A stretch of DNA of 64,000 bases from positions 62,001 through 126,000 of IMG/VR virus record IMGVR_UViG_3300023174_000036; one strand, given 5' to 3'. Shown one piece after another: positions 28,319-36,730 of this stretch (position 1 is its first letter; every line of letters starts with the position of its first letter). Both the position numbers and the translations under genes were made by a program. The notes below the pieces were generated by a model. That model was not told the origin of the DNA and ran no database searches. It saw only the letters and a list, made by a program, of their open reading frames with translations.

Positions 28319-28405
28319 AGATGAACTACGTTCATCTGTTCATCGCTTGCGCTCGAACTTTTCTTTCTTTTTCAACAGTAGCACATGATTAACTGCGAAG
28401 CAGTT
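28319..28405. other. Cluster of mini-hairpins (GNA triloops on opposite strands) flanking a pyrimidine/purine tract; candidate replication origin element
   Basis: AGATGAAC-GTA-GTTCATCT (- strand, 28319-37); GTTC.GA.GC-GCAA-GC.GA.T.GAAC (- strand); CTTTTCTTTCTTTTTC tract; AACTGC-GAA-GCAGTT (+ strand, 28391-405). Confidence 0.4.
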
Positions 28406-28785
28406 TAAATATTATCTAGATTGTTCAGTCACACTTTGCCCTGGCGGGCAAAAATGAAACATTATCTGAGTTGAACATGTCACACTAGCGTTACAGCAAT
28501 TACAGAGGCGGTTGTCCGGTACCTCGAGCTGAGTCTTTATACAACGGCGGGTCTTAATATATACGCTAACACACATCAAGCCGTGGGTATTTCTCCCTCT
28601 TTTAGCCTTTTTTACTGGGTTTCATAAACTAAACGGGTTATAGGCATATCCCATCAGCATCCTTGCGGGTAGTAGTTTACTGGTCTGTCGCCAAGCAGAT
28701 ACACCTTACCGTCACACATCAGAACGGATTCAGGGCACACTATCAACGCCTGTGCGGGCTTATTTGGCGATTAAACGGCCTGAAT
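28390..28785 (-). ncRNA. Candidate large structured non-coding RNA downstream of the GIY-YIG gene
   Basis: About 400 nt without a credible ORF in an otherwise gene-dense genome; many stems, some with G-U pairs that work only on the minus strand; a CC-GCAA-GG GNRA loop. Confidence 0.55.
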
Positions 28786-28787
28786 TA

Positions 28788-29213
28788 TTAGCCTTTGAGT
28801 ATATGCGAACCATGTACACGGACACTGATCTGGCCGTTATAATAGTCTTTTGATTCTAGAACTTTGTGGGTAAACTGTTCTCTGGCCTCGATGTAAGAGC
28901 ATTGCGCCTTGGATGTGCAATAATATAGGATTTCTCTTGTGAAGTTTTCTTTGCCTAATTTCAATACGTCCACGTTTAATTCCAGGTTTGACCCATAATA
29001 ATCACGCCAGTCGCTGTCGACTTTGCTACGTATTTTCTTTTTTTTCTTAGTGCCGTTCTTAAGTTTAACTACTTTGTAGCTGGTCTTAGCGAACTTGGCT
29101 AGTTTTTTGCCTATATATTTGCGTCCAGAGATGACATTTGTTATCAAGTACACGAAACCAACACAATCTTCGGGCAGTGTTTCAACAATTTCGTTTTGAT
29201 AAGTCCATGACAT
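28788..29213 (-). CDS. Stand-alone GIY-YIG family nuclease (T4 endonuclease II-like size) with a Lys-rich insertion
   Basis: GFVYLIT...RKYIGKK motif, a conserved E (YIEAREQ) and N (YYNG); 141 aa with no appended DNA-binding domain. Confidence 0.8.
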   Translation of the reverse strand: MSWTYQNEIVETLPEDCVGFVYLITNVISGRKYIGKKLAKFAKTSYKVVKLKNGTKKKKKIRSKVDSDWRDYYGSNLELNVDVLKLGKENFTREILYYCTSKAQCSYIEAREQFTHKVLESKDYYNGQISVRVHGSHILKG

Positions 29214-29228
29214 GCAGTAGTTAGCATA

Positions 29229-29480
29229 TCATTCCGCCGTGTCACCTTTCTTTTGAGCCTTGGTTTCGTCCAAATGTACTCTGTACTGTTGAACTTTTTC
29301 CCTGCGTTCACGTGCAATGATACGAATCTGCGCTAGCCAGTAGCGCATATTTTCTCCTGCCCGTCTTGTGCCTTTGTTGATCCAGTTTTGATTTGCTTTG
29401 AAATATTGCCTAAAGGCTTCCATTAAACGCTCATGCGTTTCTTCGTCCTGATAATCTAATGGAGGTACCCGTTTGCTCAT
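29229..29480 (-). CDS. Small basic helical protein (83 aa), possibly related to histone-H1-like Hc1 proteins
   Basis: HE.L..AF..Y...N..W..KG.R.AG...R..L..I...ARERR..VQ pattern; TAATG-coupled to gp46. Confidence 0.55.
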   Translation of the reverse strand: MSKRVPPLDYQDEETHERLMEAFRQYFKANQNWINKGTRRAGENMRYWLAQIRIIARERREKVQQYRVHLDETKAQKKGDTAE

Positions 29481-31258
29481 TATTCTGTTACTTCTAAGTC
29501 GTTGGCATAGTTTGTAAAGCCATTTTCCTTAATAACTTTAAGAACATTGTTCACACGACCAATTAATTCGTCCTTGTGACTGATCAAGAAAATATTCTTC
29601 TTGCGTTCACGTGCCATTTTCTTAAGTACAGCCAATGCGCCTTCAACTCCTGATGCGTCTAAGCCGTTATCCACTAACTCGTCAACAAACAACAAGTTAA
29701 TTGATTGATATAAACTTTCCCAAACATCACGGAAACTCCAACTCAAACCTAGTATCAAACGATTGCGTTCACCACGGCTCAAGTTATCAAAGTCAAGATC
29801 TTGCCCCAGCTGTGTGATAATAACAGTTAAATCGTTTTGGAACACCACAGTATGCGGTAATCCCATCTTGTCAAGATAATATGTAAGTCTATTGTTGAGA
29901 TATGCCAAGTTCTGATCAATAATCTTCTTACGGATAAAACTATCCTTGCTGGTCAACAGCTTTAGCAAGAACTCTTGATGATCTTTAAGCGTGTTCAGTT
30001 GATTAACATTGTCCCATGAGATAGTCTGCATGGCAGTGTGCTGTAGTTCGTCAATTTGCTCTTGATAAGGATCCGTTTCGCCTGCTTTGATTGTTAATTG
30101 CGTTTCCAGTGTCTTGAGATTGTTTTGATGTTTGAGTGCTTGCTCAACAGAGTCGTAATAAGTGTTGGGACGTCCAGACACTTCACCAATGCCTTTGATC
30201 TCTTTCATGATCTTGGTCAAGTCGCTGTTAACTTTGTCCAAATACTTTTGTGCTTCTGCCAAATGTTGTTGAGCAGTGGTACTCATTTCTTCATGTTTGT
30301 GATCATGTAGTTCTTGCTCACAAGCGTGACACTTTTTGTCTTTCAACTTAGCAAGCTCGTCAGCGTACTTTTTTACGCTTCGCTCCGCTTGCGCTGTCGC
30401 GCTGTCTAACGTAGCCCGTTCCTTATTTAGGCTTTTCAGCTTCGCTGTCTGTTCTTCGAACAGTTTCAAGTCATTATGCTTGGTCAGCTCAGAATCAATG
30501 TCTACATTTTCTAATTCCACAATAGCTCTTGCTATTTTTTCTATTTCTTCAGTGTGCTGATTGTTCCATGCATTTTGTCTAGATGTTAATGAGTCAATAC
30601 TTTGTTGTATTTTTTCGTTAGACTTTTTTGCGGCTTCAATATCTGCATTTTCTTGATAGATATTGTCCTTGGTAGTCTTAATCATCTCTTTAAGACCTTC
30701 AGCTTTTTCACTGAGTAAGGTAATACCAAGCAACTGCTCAATAATTACACGCTGATCATTTGCCTTCATAGATAAGAAAGGCTCTGTATAAGTGTTAAGC
30801 GCAACAATGTGCCTAAACATATCATGACTCATGCCCAACAAGTCGTCAAGATCTCGTTGCGTTTCACGCATATCGCCTTGAGCATCGTCAGTTTCTTCTG
30901 TATCCTGTGCTTGGTTATTAACAAAGAATTGCAACACGTTGGGTTTACGCCCACGTTCAATGCGATATTCAGTGCCGTCTTTATCAAATGTAAGTGTAAC
31001 CAACATATTTTTATTGTTGATTTTATTGATCAAGTTGTCTTTTTTGATGTTAGTGAGCGCATTACCGTATAACGCATAGCTTAATGCATTTACAATAGTG
31101 GTTTTACCAGTACCGTTACGTGATCCGCTGTCATCACCGCCTTGATCCAAGTTCTCTCCAAGGACAAGTGTTAGATTTTCTTTATCAAAGTTTACAGCCT
31201 GGGTTTGATTACCCACACTCATGAAATTCTTAACTGTTAAATCTTTAATCTTTATCAT
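29480..31258 (-). CDS. gp46: Recombination ATPase subunit (T4 gp46 / Rad50 / SbcC family)
   Basis: Walker A RNGTGKT, coiled coils with a CHAC zinc hook, LSRGE signature, Walker B LLFVDE, and ISH H-loop. Confidence 0.95.
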   Translation of the reverse strand: MIKIKDLTVKNFMSVGNQTQAVNFDKENLTLVLGENLDQGGDDSGSRNGTGKTTIVNALSYALYGNALTNIKKDNLINKINNKNMLVTLTFDKDGTEYRIERGRKPNVLQFFVNNQAQDTEETDDAQGDMRETQRDLDDLLGMSHDMFRHIVALNTYTEPFLSMKANDQRVIIEQLLGITLLSEKAEGLKEMIKTTKDNIYQENADIEAAKKSNEKIQQSIDSLTSRQNAWNNQHTEEIEKIARAIVELENVDIDSELTKHNDLKLFEEQTAKLKSLNKERATLDSATAQAERSVKKYADELAKLKDKKCHACEQELHDHKHEEMSTTAQQHLAEAQKYLDKVNSDLTKIMKEIKGIGEVSGRPNTYYDSVEQALKHQNNLKTLETQLTIKAGETDPYQEQIDELQHTAMQTISWDNVNQLNTLKDHQEFLLKLLTSKDSFIRKKIIDQNLAYLNNRLTYYLDKMGLPHTVVFQNDLTVIITQLGQDLDFDNLSRGERNRLILGLSWSFRDVWESLYQSINLLFVDELVDNGLDASGVEGALAVLKKMARERKKNIFLISHKDELIGRVNNVLKVIKENGFTNYANDLEVTE

Positions 31259-32268
31259 AGGCTATTATAAATGTTCAGTAATAGATTCTTATCGAACTGA
31301 TCAGAATCAATGTTTACGATTTGACTGCTAACAATTTGATCAACACTTTCAAAAGATTGCACATCAATATTGGTATTAATTTCAATCTCTTTCTTTTCCG
31401 CAATCAAGGTAAGTTCGCGAATATTATAATCAGCAATAAACTTTTCTTTAATGAAACTTGCTTCTTCATAACTGATATCAATATCCAGTGCAACCCGCAA
31501 ATGTTGTTTGGGTTTGATAATTTTATCAGCATCGTCGATCAATTGGCTTAGTTTAACAGTACGGAACGTAGGTTGAGCAGGCCAACTGTGATATTCAGGT
31601 TGCCCATCCCACTCTAATATCATCATACCGCGGTCGTCATCCCATGTATCTGCATAATTGTGGGGAAACGCATTGCCAATATAGATCATATTACGCTGTT
31701 GCTGACGTTTGTGGAAGTGTCCACTAAATCCTAGTTCGTAATTTTGAAAACTATCTAGTTGAATCTCGCCATGATCTGGCATCTGTACCATAGCGTTCAT
31801 AAAGAAGCTGGGCAATTCAAAGTGTCCAAAGATGTACTTGCCGCCTTTCTTACCAATGCTTCGCCACTCATCTCCTACAAGCCACGGGCAGAGTGTAACA
31901 TCCCCAATGGTAGTCGGTTCGTGTACCACAGTGATTCCGGGAATATACTTGCCAAACTCAACGGAATGGATATCACGTTTGTCTTTATAATATAAATCAT
32001 GATTACCAGGAAAAAAGTAAAACTGATCAAATGCTTTACCCAGTTTTTCCAGTGCTCGAAGCGAGTAGTCCATAGTAGTGATATTAAGACTATTGCGATT
32101 GTGATGCCAATCGCCCATAAAAATTCCTGTGTCACACCCTTCCTCCTTTGCTTTAGCAATGTACCAATCCACAAAGTCTTCGCAATCTTGATTGTGTACA
32201 CTACTATTGCTTTTTAATCCAAAGTGTATGTCTGTGAAACACGCTACTTTTTTAAACAAATTACTCAC
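31255..32268 (-). CDS. gp47: Recombination nuclease subunit (T4 gp47 / Mre11 / SbcD family)
   Basis: Metallophosphoesterase motifs DIHFG, GDWHH, GNHD, GHFE and SGHFH. Start reassigned to GTG 32268, which overlaps the gp55 stop. Confidence 0.95.
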   Translation of the reverse strand: MSNLFKKVACFTDIHFGLKSNSSVHNQDCEDFVDWYIAKAKEEGCDTGIFMGDWHHNRNSLNITTMDYSLRALEKLGKAFDQFYFFPGNHDLYYKDKRDIHSVEFGKYIPGITVVHEPTTIGDVTLCPWLVGDEWRSIGKKGGKYIFGHFELPSFFMNAMVQMPDHGEIQLDSFQNYELGFSGHFHKRQQQRNMIYIGNAFPHNYADTWDDDRGMMILEWDGQPEYHSWPAQPTFRTVKLSQLIDDADKIIKPKQHLRVALDIDISYEEASFIKEKFIADYNIRELTLIAEKKEIEINTNIDVQSFESVDQIVSSQIVNIDSDQFDKNLLLNIYNSL

Positions 32269-33094
32269 TAGACGTGTCCTCGTTGTGTCGTTTAAGTGCG
32301 GCCGCATGTTCGCCAGCACCAGTTCTGCTGTAACTAGGGTTCATGCCATTTATTTCCAAAATGTCATCACGAATATTTTGGTTACGCTTCTCGATATTAA
32401 TAACACGTACAAAACTATTTGTAACAGCCGCCGTGAAATACGCAAACGGGTTATCCGATTTACTTTCATCAAACTGTAATCCTATTTGTGTTAATTGCAA
32501 GATTGCCTGACCCTTCATTTCGTCGTTGTAAGTGTAACCACGAACATTGCCTCGTGTGGCATATCGCTCACACAATTTTAACATCATCCGAGCTAAAGTT
32601 GGAGTAATTTGGCCCGCATCTTTATCAAACTTGCCTTTGATTAGATCACCCTTCCAATGACTCTTGCCCACACATACTAGTTCGTCTTTGTCATCAAACT
32701 TCCAGTGTTGGAATGGAGGAAAGTTTACTTTGTCTCTATGATCAGCAAGTGTTTTTGGATTTTTCTTTCTGATACCGTTAAGTGGAATATGATCAAATGT
32801 CATGATCCTGAATACTAAATCGGTTTTTAACATTTTTTTGTAGTCTACTTCGCAGTCTGCTTGTTTGACTTTTTCACCAGCGGCTTTGCGCCTTTGGTAT
32901 TCCGCATCGCCAATGCGTTTGGCCCTTGCACGTTTGGCTTCTGCTATGGTTCTGATGTTAATTTTAGATATATCGGATAAAATCAAATCATATTGGTGAT
33001 AAATTGGGTCTGTAAAACTGCAATATGAGCTTTTACTTCTATGTATTTCCAACAACATATCCTTGTTGTTTAGGTAATTAACTTTCACTGTCAT
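32261..33094 (-). CDS. gp55: Late-transcription sigma factor (T4 gp55 family)
   Basis: YLNNKD N-terminus, N.RGYTY.DEM, and FD..KS.NPFAYFT....NSF.R.I..EK motifs; adjacent to gp47/gp46 as in T4-like phages. Confidence 0.9.
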   Translation of the reverse strand: MTVKVNYLNNKDMLLEIHRSKSSYCSFTDPIYHQYDLILSDISKINIRTIAEAKRARAKRIGDAEYQRRKAAGEKVKQADCEVDYKKMLKTDLVFRIMTFDHIPLNGIRKKNPKTLADHRDKVNFPPFQHWKFDDKDELVCVGKSHWKGDLIKGKFDKDAGQITPTLARMMLKLCERYATRGNVRGYTYNDEMKGQAILQLTQIGLQFDESKSDNPFAYFTAAVTNSFVRVINIEKRNQNIRDDILEINGMNPSYSRTGAGEHAAALKRHNEDTSSE

Positions 33095-33116
33095 TAGATG
33101 AGTCCTCGTAAGTTAC

Positions 33117-33145
33117 ATTATAAACTACGCACTTATTAAAGTCAA
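33117..33145 (-). promoter_or_regulatory. Host sigma70-type promoter of the gp55-gp47-gp46 operon
   Basis: Minus strand TTGACT (33145-33140), 17-bp spacer, TATAAT (33122-33117). Confidence 0.85.
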
Positions 33146-33152
33146 ATAAATA
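33145..33152 (+). promoter_or_regulatory. Late promoter core (AATAAATA) of the baseplate operon
   Basis: TAAATA core 24 nt upstream of the ATG at 33176. Confidence 0.6.
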
Positions 33153-33175
33153 ATACACCAAAGAGGGATATTATT

Positions 33176-34183
33176 ATGGGTTTATTTGATACAGGTGCCA
33201 GCCTTGCTTCAACATTAGGCAAATCTGCCAATGCAATAGGCGCAATTGGCAGTGCAGTAGGTACAGCTGGTCGATTGAGTTCTGCTATCTCTGCCGGATA
33301 CAATGTTGGCGGAGTTGCCAGTGCAATTCGAGCAATAAACTTACCCGCCGCTGGAGAAGCAATTGGAGATGTCTTAGGAGCAGTGGCTGAATTTACAGAC
33401 TCTGACAATGCAAATGATTGGCGAGTTAGATTAAGCATGGCCAAATGGACCAGTTTCAAAGGTAGTCCAGTGCTACAACCATTAAAAGATGCAGGCGGAT
33501 TAATATTTCCTTACACTCCTAAAATTAACATTGCGTCAAAAGCAAACTATGGCACTATCCCAACTACTCACACAAACTACACATTTCAAAACTTTAAAAA
33601 TAGTGATCCTGGATCGATAACTATTACAGCACCTATGTATGTTTCTGACGCCGCGGAAGGGTTGTACTGGATCGCAATGGTACACTATTTAAGAAGTCTA
33701 ACCAAAATGTTTGCAGGAAATGATCCAAAAGCCGGCAACCCACCTCCCATTGTATTTTTAAATGGATATGGAAATTATGTTTTTAAAAATGTTCCAGTGG
33801 TTGTGACATCTATGCAAGTGAGTTTAGAAAATACTTGTGATTATATCAGTGTACCAGTTGTTGGATCAGCGGCAGGCGAAATAGAAGGACTTGCTGATTC
33901 AATCAGTGGCACTGCCAGTGCATTAGGCGGATTGTTTGGCGGATCAGTTGCCAGTGTTGCTGGAGCAGTTGGTAGTATTGCTGGTGGCATAGGACAAGTT
34001 GCTGGACTTGCAGGAAGTTTAGGGTTTGGCGGATCAGTCAGCGGTGGTATATCACATGTTCCAACAAAAAGTTCTTTTACCGTAACAGTACAACCAATCT
34101 ACAGTAGAACTAGTAGTCGTAAATTCAGTCTTGATAGATTTGTATCAGGTGGATATCTTAACAGTCCTTTTGGATATATTTAA
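33176..34183 (+). CDS. Baseplate/tail-tube junction-like protein (gp48/gp54-like), 335 aa
   Basis: First gene of the baseplate operon; core GLIFPYTP...GNPPPIVFLNGYG..VF..VPVVV segment flanked by G/A/S-rich regions. The specific assignment is positional. Confidence 0.55.
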   Translation: MGLFDTGASLASTLGKSANAIGAIGSAVGTAGRLSSAISAGYNVGGVASAIRAINLPAAGEAIGDVLGAVAEFTDSDNANDWRVRLSMAKWTSFKGSPVLQPLKDAGGLIFPYTPKINIASKANYGTIPTTHTNYTFQNFKNSDPGSITITAPMYVSDAAEGLYWIAMVHYLRSLTKMFAGNDPKAGNPPPIVFLNGYGNYVFKNVPVVVTSMQVSLENTCDYISVPVVGSAAGEIEGLADSISGTASALGGLFGGSVASVAGAVGSIAGGIGQVAGLAGSLGFGGSVSGGISHVPTKSSFTVTVQPIYSRTSSRKFSLDRFVSGGYLNSPFGYI

Positions 34184-34184
34184 A

Positions 34185-34487
34185 ATGGGTGCAACTTACA
34201 AAAATACAAGTCCGTGGTTTTCTACTCCTATTAAAAAAAACTATCTGGATGTTTTAAGAATTAGGACAGTTAGTGCTGAGCCCGATGACTTCTTATATGG
34301 GATAGAAAGTCAATACACTTACCGACCCGACTTGTTGGCGTTTGACTTGTATGGTGATCCTACATTGTGGTGGGTGTTCATACAACGAAATCTTGATGTG
34401 TTACAAGATCCAGTATTTGATTTTGTTCCTGGAAAAAACATATACATTCCAAAAAAATCAAGTCTGTTTAACATACTAGGATTATAA
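34185..34487 (+). CDS. Baseplate wedge protein (gp53-like, LysM-type fold)
   Basis: YRPDLLAFDLYGDPTLWWVF...N...DP.FDF.PG..IYIP motif; start set at ATG 34185. Confidence 0.8.
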   Translation: MGATYKNTSPWFSTPIKKNYLDVLRIRTVSAEPDDFLYGIESQYTYRPDLLAFDLYGDPTLWWVFIQRNLDVLQDPVFDFVPGKNIYIPKKSSLFNILGL

Positions 34488-36730
34488 TGAGTTTTCTTGA
34501 CCAAGCAACAAGTGCAGTGGGCAAAGTGGCAAAAATTGCCGGAGTTGCAGTTGTGGCTTCTAAAGTAGTTTCTAGTTTAGGATCTGCTTCAGGCTTGTCA
34601 TCTCTAGTTGATGCTGTATCAGGAGCGTTTAAATCTTTTAATACAATCTTCAAACAGCTGGACGGTGTGTCTTTACCCATGCCTAATCCGTTACATGCAT
34701 ATGCAAGTTATAATTATATTATAGGTTTAGGGGTATTAACAGACGACGAGCTAAACGACCCGGCCGCAAGTTACATGGGAGTATCTAGACCACGCTTGAT
34801 TTGCAAATCTGCCGCAATGGATCCAAATAATCGTGTGGAAACTGCTTACGGAAAATTTGATTTCTTCATTGATGATTTAGTACTGGAAAGTCAAATAGGA
34901 TTACAAGATGGTGAAAACACCAATGTCAGCAACATAACTTTCAAGGTAACTGAACCATACAGTATGGGCATGTTTTTAACGGCGTGCCAACAACTTGCAC
35001 TTGAGCAAGGACACGATACTTGGCAAGAAGCACCATACATATTAAGTCTTGAGTTTCGAGGCAATACAGAAACTGGAAAATTGGTCAGCATTCCAAAAAC
35101 TTCTCGTTATATTCCCATACTTATTAGCGACATAGATTTTACAGTCACTGATAAAGGTACAGTTTATGAAGTAAAAGCAATACCGTTTGGCGGCATAGCA
35201 CTTACTGACGCCAACAGCAATCTTACCAGCGATGTAACTGTTACTGGTGCAAGTGTACAACAGTTATTACAATCTGGAGAAAAAAGTTTACAGGTTGCAC
35301 TTAATAAAAGACAAAAATTATTAGTTGATGCTGGTGTAATTGATGTAGCTGATGAATATCTTATACTATTTCCGCAAAATTTATCTTCAGAATCAACCAG
35401 TTCATCATTTGGAGATTCTGAAAATTTTGCCCCAGCAAGCGGCAGTACTGATGTTGCATCAAGCTCAACAGTGGAAAAATCATTGGGTGTTTCAAGAAAT
35501 GGCCCAAACAATAATTTACAGCAAAGCGGCGACCAAGCCAACGAAATTGGCAAGGCATTACTGGATTTTGATAAAGACAGTGCGACCCGAGATGCAGTGC
35601 CAGCTGGAAAAGACAGCGAAGTTTATGATAACAAATCAGGAACATTTTTCAAAGGCAAATTAACAATAGATCCGGGAAAAAGTGACTTCAAATTTTCACA
35701 AGACAGTGACATTGTTAATGCAATTAATCAAGTAATTTTAAAAAGCACATATATTAAAAAAACATTTGACGCACAAAACTTAACACCTGAAGGATACAGA
35801 AATTGGTGGAGAGTGGATGCTCAAGTGTATAACATTGGACCAACCAGAGCCAACACTGGCACAAAACCTAAATTATATGTGTATAGAGTCGTGCCGTATA
35901 ATGTACACTCCAGCAGATTAATGCCAGCGGGCAAACGAGCGCCAGGTTACGACAATTTAAAATTACAAGTTGTGAAAGAATACAACTATATCTATACAGG
36001 CGCCAACGTTGACATTTTAAAATTTGAAATAAAATACAATACTGGTTTTTCATATGAACTTGCCGCTGACGGATTACAACGAACTCAAGACAGTGTTAAA
36101 GAAACAGCCGCTGGCGGCAGCAAAGACAATGAAAAAGAAATAGTTAATCCTATGCCACCTGGACAACTACCTACTCCAGGCACCACTTCAACGGTTATAA
36201 AATTTATAAAAACACTAACCGGAACCGACAAAGGCGGAGGTGGATCTGCAGATAGTCAAGCAACTCGTGCGGCGCGGCTGTTCCACGATGCGGTAACTAA
36301 TAGCCAACAATCGATGATGGATTTAGATATGGAAATTATTGGAGATCCTTATTTTATTGTACAAAGCGGCCAAGGCAATTACACCGCATCGGCAACACAA
36401 TACACTAATCTAAACGACGACGGCTCAGTAAATTATCAAAACGGTGAAGTTGACATAATTGTAAATTTTAGAACACCAGTAGACATTAATCAAACAAGCG
36501 GGCTATACAATTTTGGCGGCGGAGCTACTGCCTTAATGACACAGTGGAGCGGATTGTATTCTGTGACAGATGTCATAAGCACTTTTAGAGATGGCCAGTT
36601 CAAACAAACGTTGAAGGGCTTTAGAAGGCCATTGCAAGAATTGCTAGAAGAAGCAGGCGTAGCTGACACATATGGAACAACAAAAGATGCCCAGCCAAAA
36701 GCAGAAGACGTGGCCACAGAGGAAGAATAA
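34487..36730 (+). CDS. Baseplate hub protein (gp27/VgrG-N-like), 747 aa
   Basis: Lies between the gp53-like and gp5-like genes; MEIIGDP and SGLYSV..V.S.F..G.FKQTL C-terminal hub motif. Confidence 0.65.
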   Translation: MSFLDQATSAVGKVAKIAGVAVVASKVVSSLGSASGLSSLVDAVSGAFKSFNTIFKQLDGVSLPMPNPLHAYASYNYIIGLGVLTDDELNDPAASYMGVSRPRLICKSAAMDPNNRVETAYGKFDFFIDDLVLESQIGLQDGENTNVSNITFKVTEPYSMGMFLTACQQLALEQGHDTWQEAPYILSLEFRGNTETGKLVSIPKTSRYIPILISDIDFTVTDKGTVYEVKAIPFGGIALTDANSNLTSDVTVTGASVQQLLQSGEKSLQVALNKRQKLLVDAGVIDVADEYLILFPQNLSSESTSSSFGDSENFAPASGSTDVASSSTVEKSLGVSRNGPNNNLQQSGDQANEIGKALLDFDKDSATRDAVPAGKDSEVYDNKSGTFFKGKLTIDPGKSDFKFSQDSDIVNAINQVILKSTYIKKTFDAQNLTPEGYRNWWRVDAQVYNIGPTRANTGTKPKLYVYRVVPYNVHSSRLMPAGKRAPGYDNLKLQVVKEYNYIYTGANVDILKFEIKYNTGFSYELAADGLQRTQDSVKETAAGGSKDNEKEIVNPMPPGQLPTPGTTSTVIKFIKTLTGTDKGGGGSADSQATRAARLFHDAVTNSQQSMMDLDMEIIGDPYFIVQSGQGNYTASATQYTNLNDDGSVNYQNGEVDIIVNFRTPVDINQTSGLYNFGGGATALMTQWSGLYSVTDVISTFRDGQFKQTLKGFRRPLQELLEEAGVADTYGTTKDAQPKAEDVATEEE

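Noticed and set aside
28300-28790. The non-coding block as a tRNA cluster, tmRNA, RNase P RNA, group I/II intron or CRISPR array
   Set aside because: I found no cloverleaf, tmRNA ends, RNase P P4 consensus or intron core, no gene appears interrupted, and there are only two imperfect repeats rather than an array. This was judged by eye; an Rfam search is still needed.
29030-29050. T-runs in the GIY-YIG gene and the A8 run at 25968-75 as slippage or phase-variation sites
   Set aside because: The first simply encodes poly-Lys and I saw no convincing alternative product; the second lies in the SD-ATG spacer.
29480-32268. SbcCD-like pair as a defence or novel system
   Set aside because: These are ordinary T4-like gp46/gp47 recombination genes in their usual position next to gp55.
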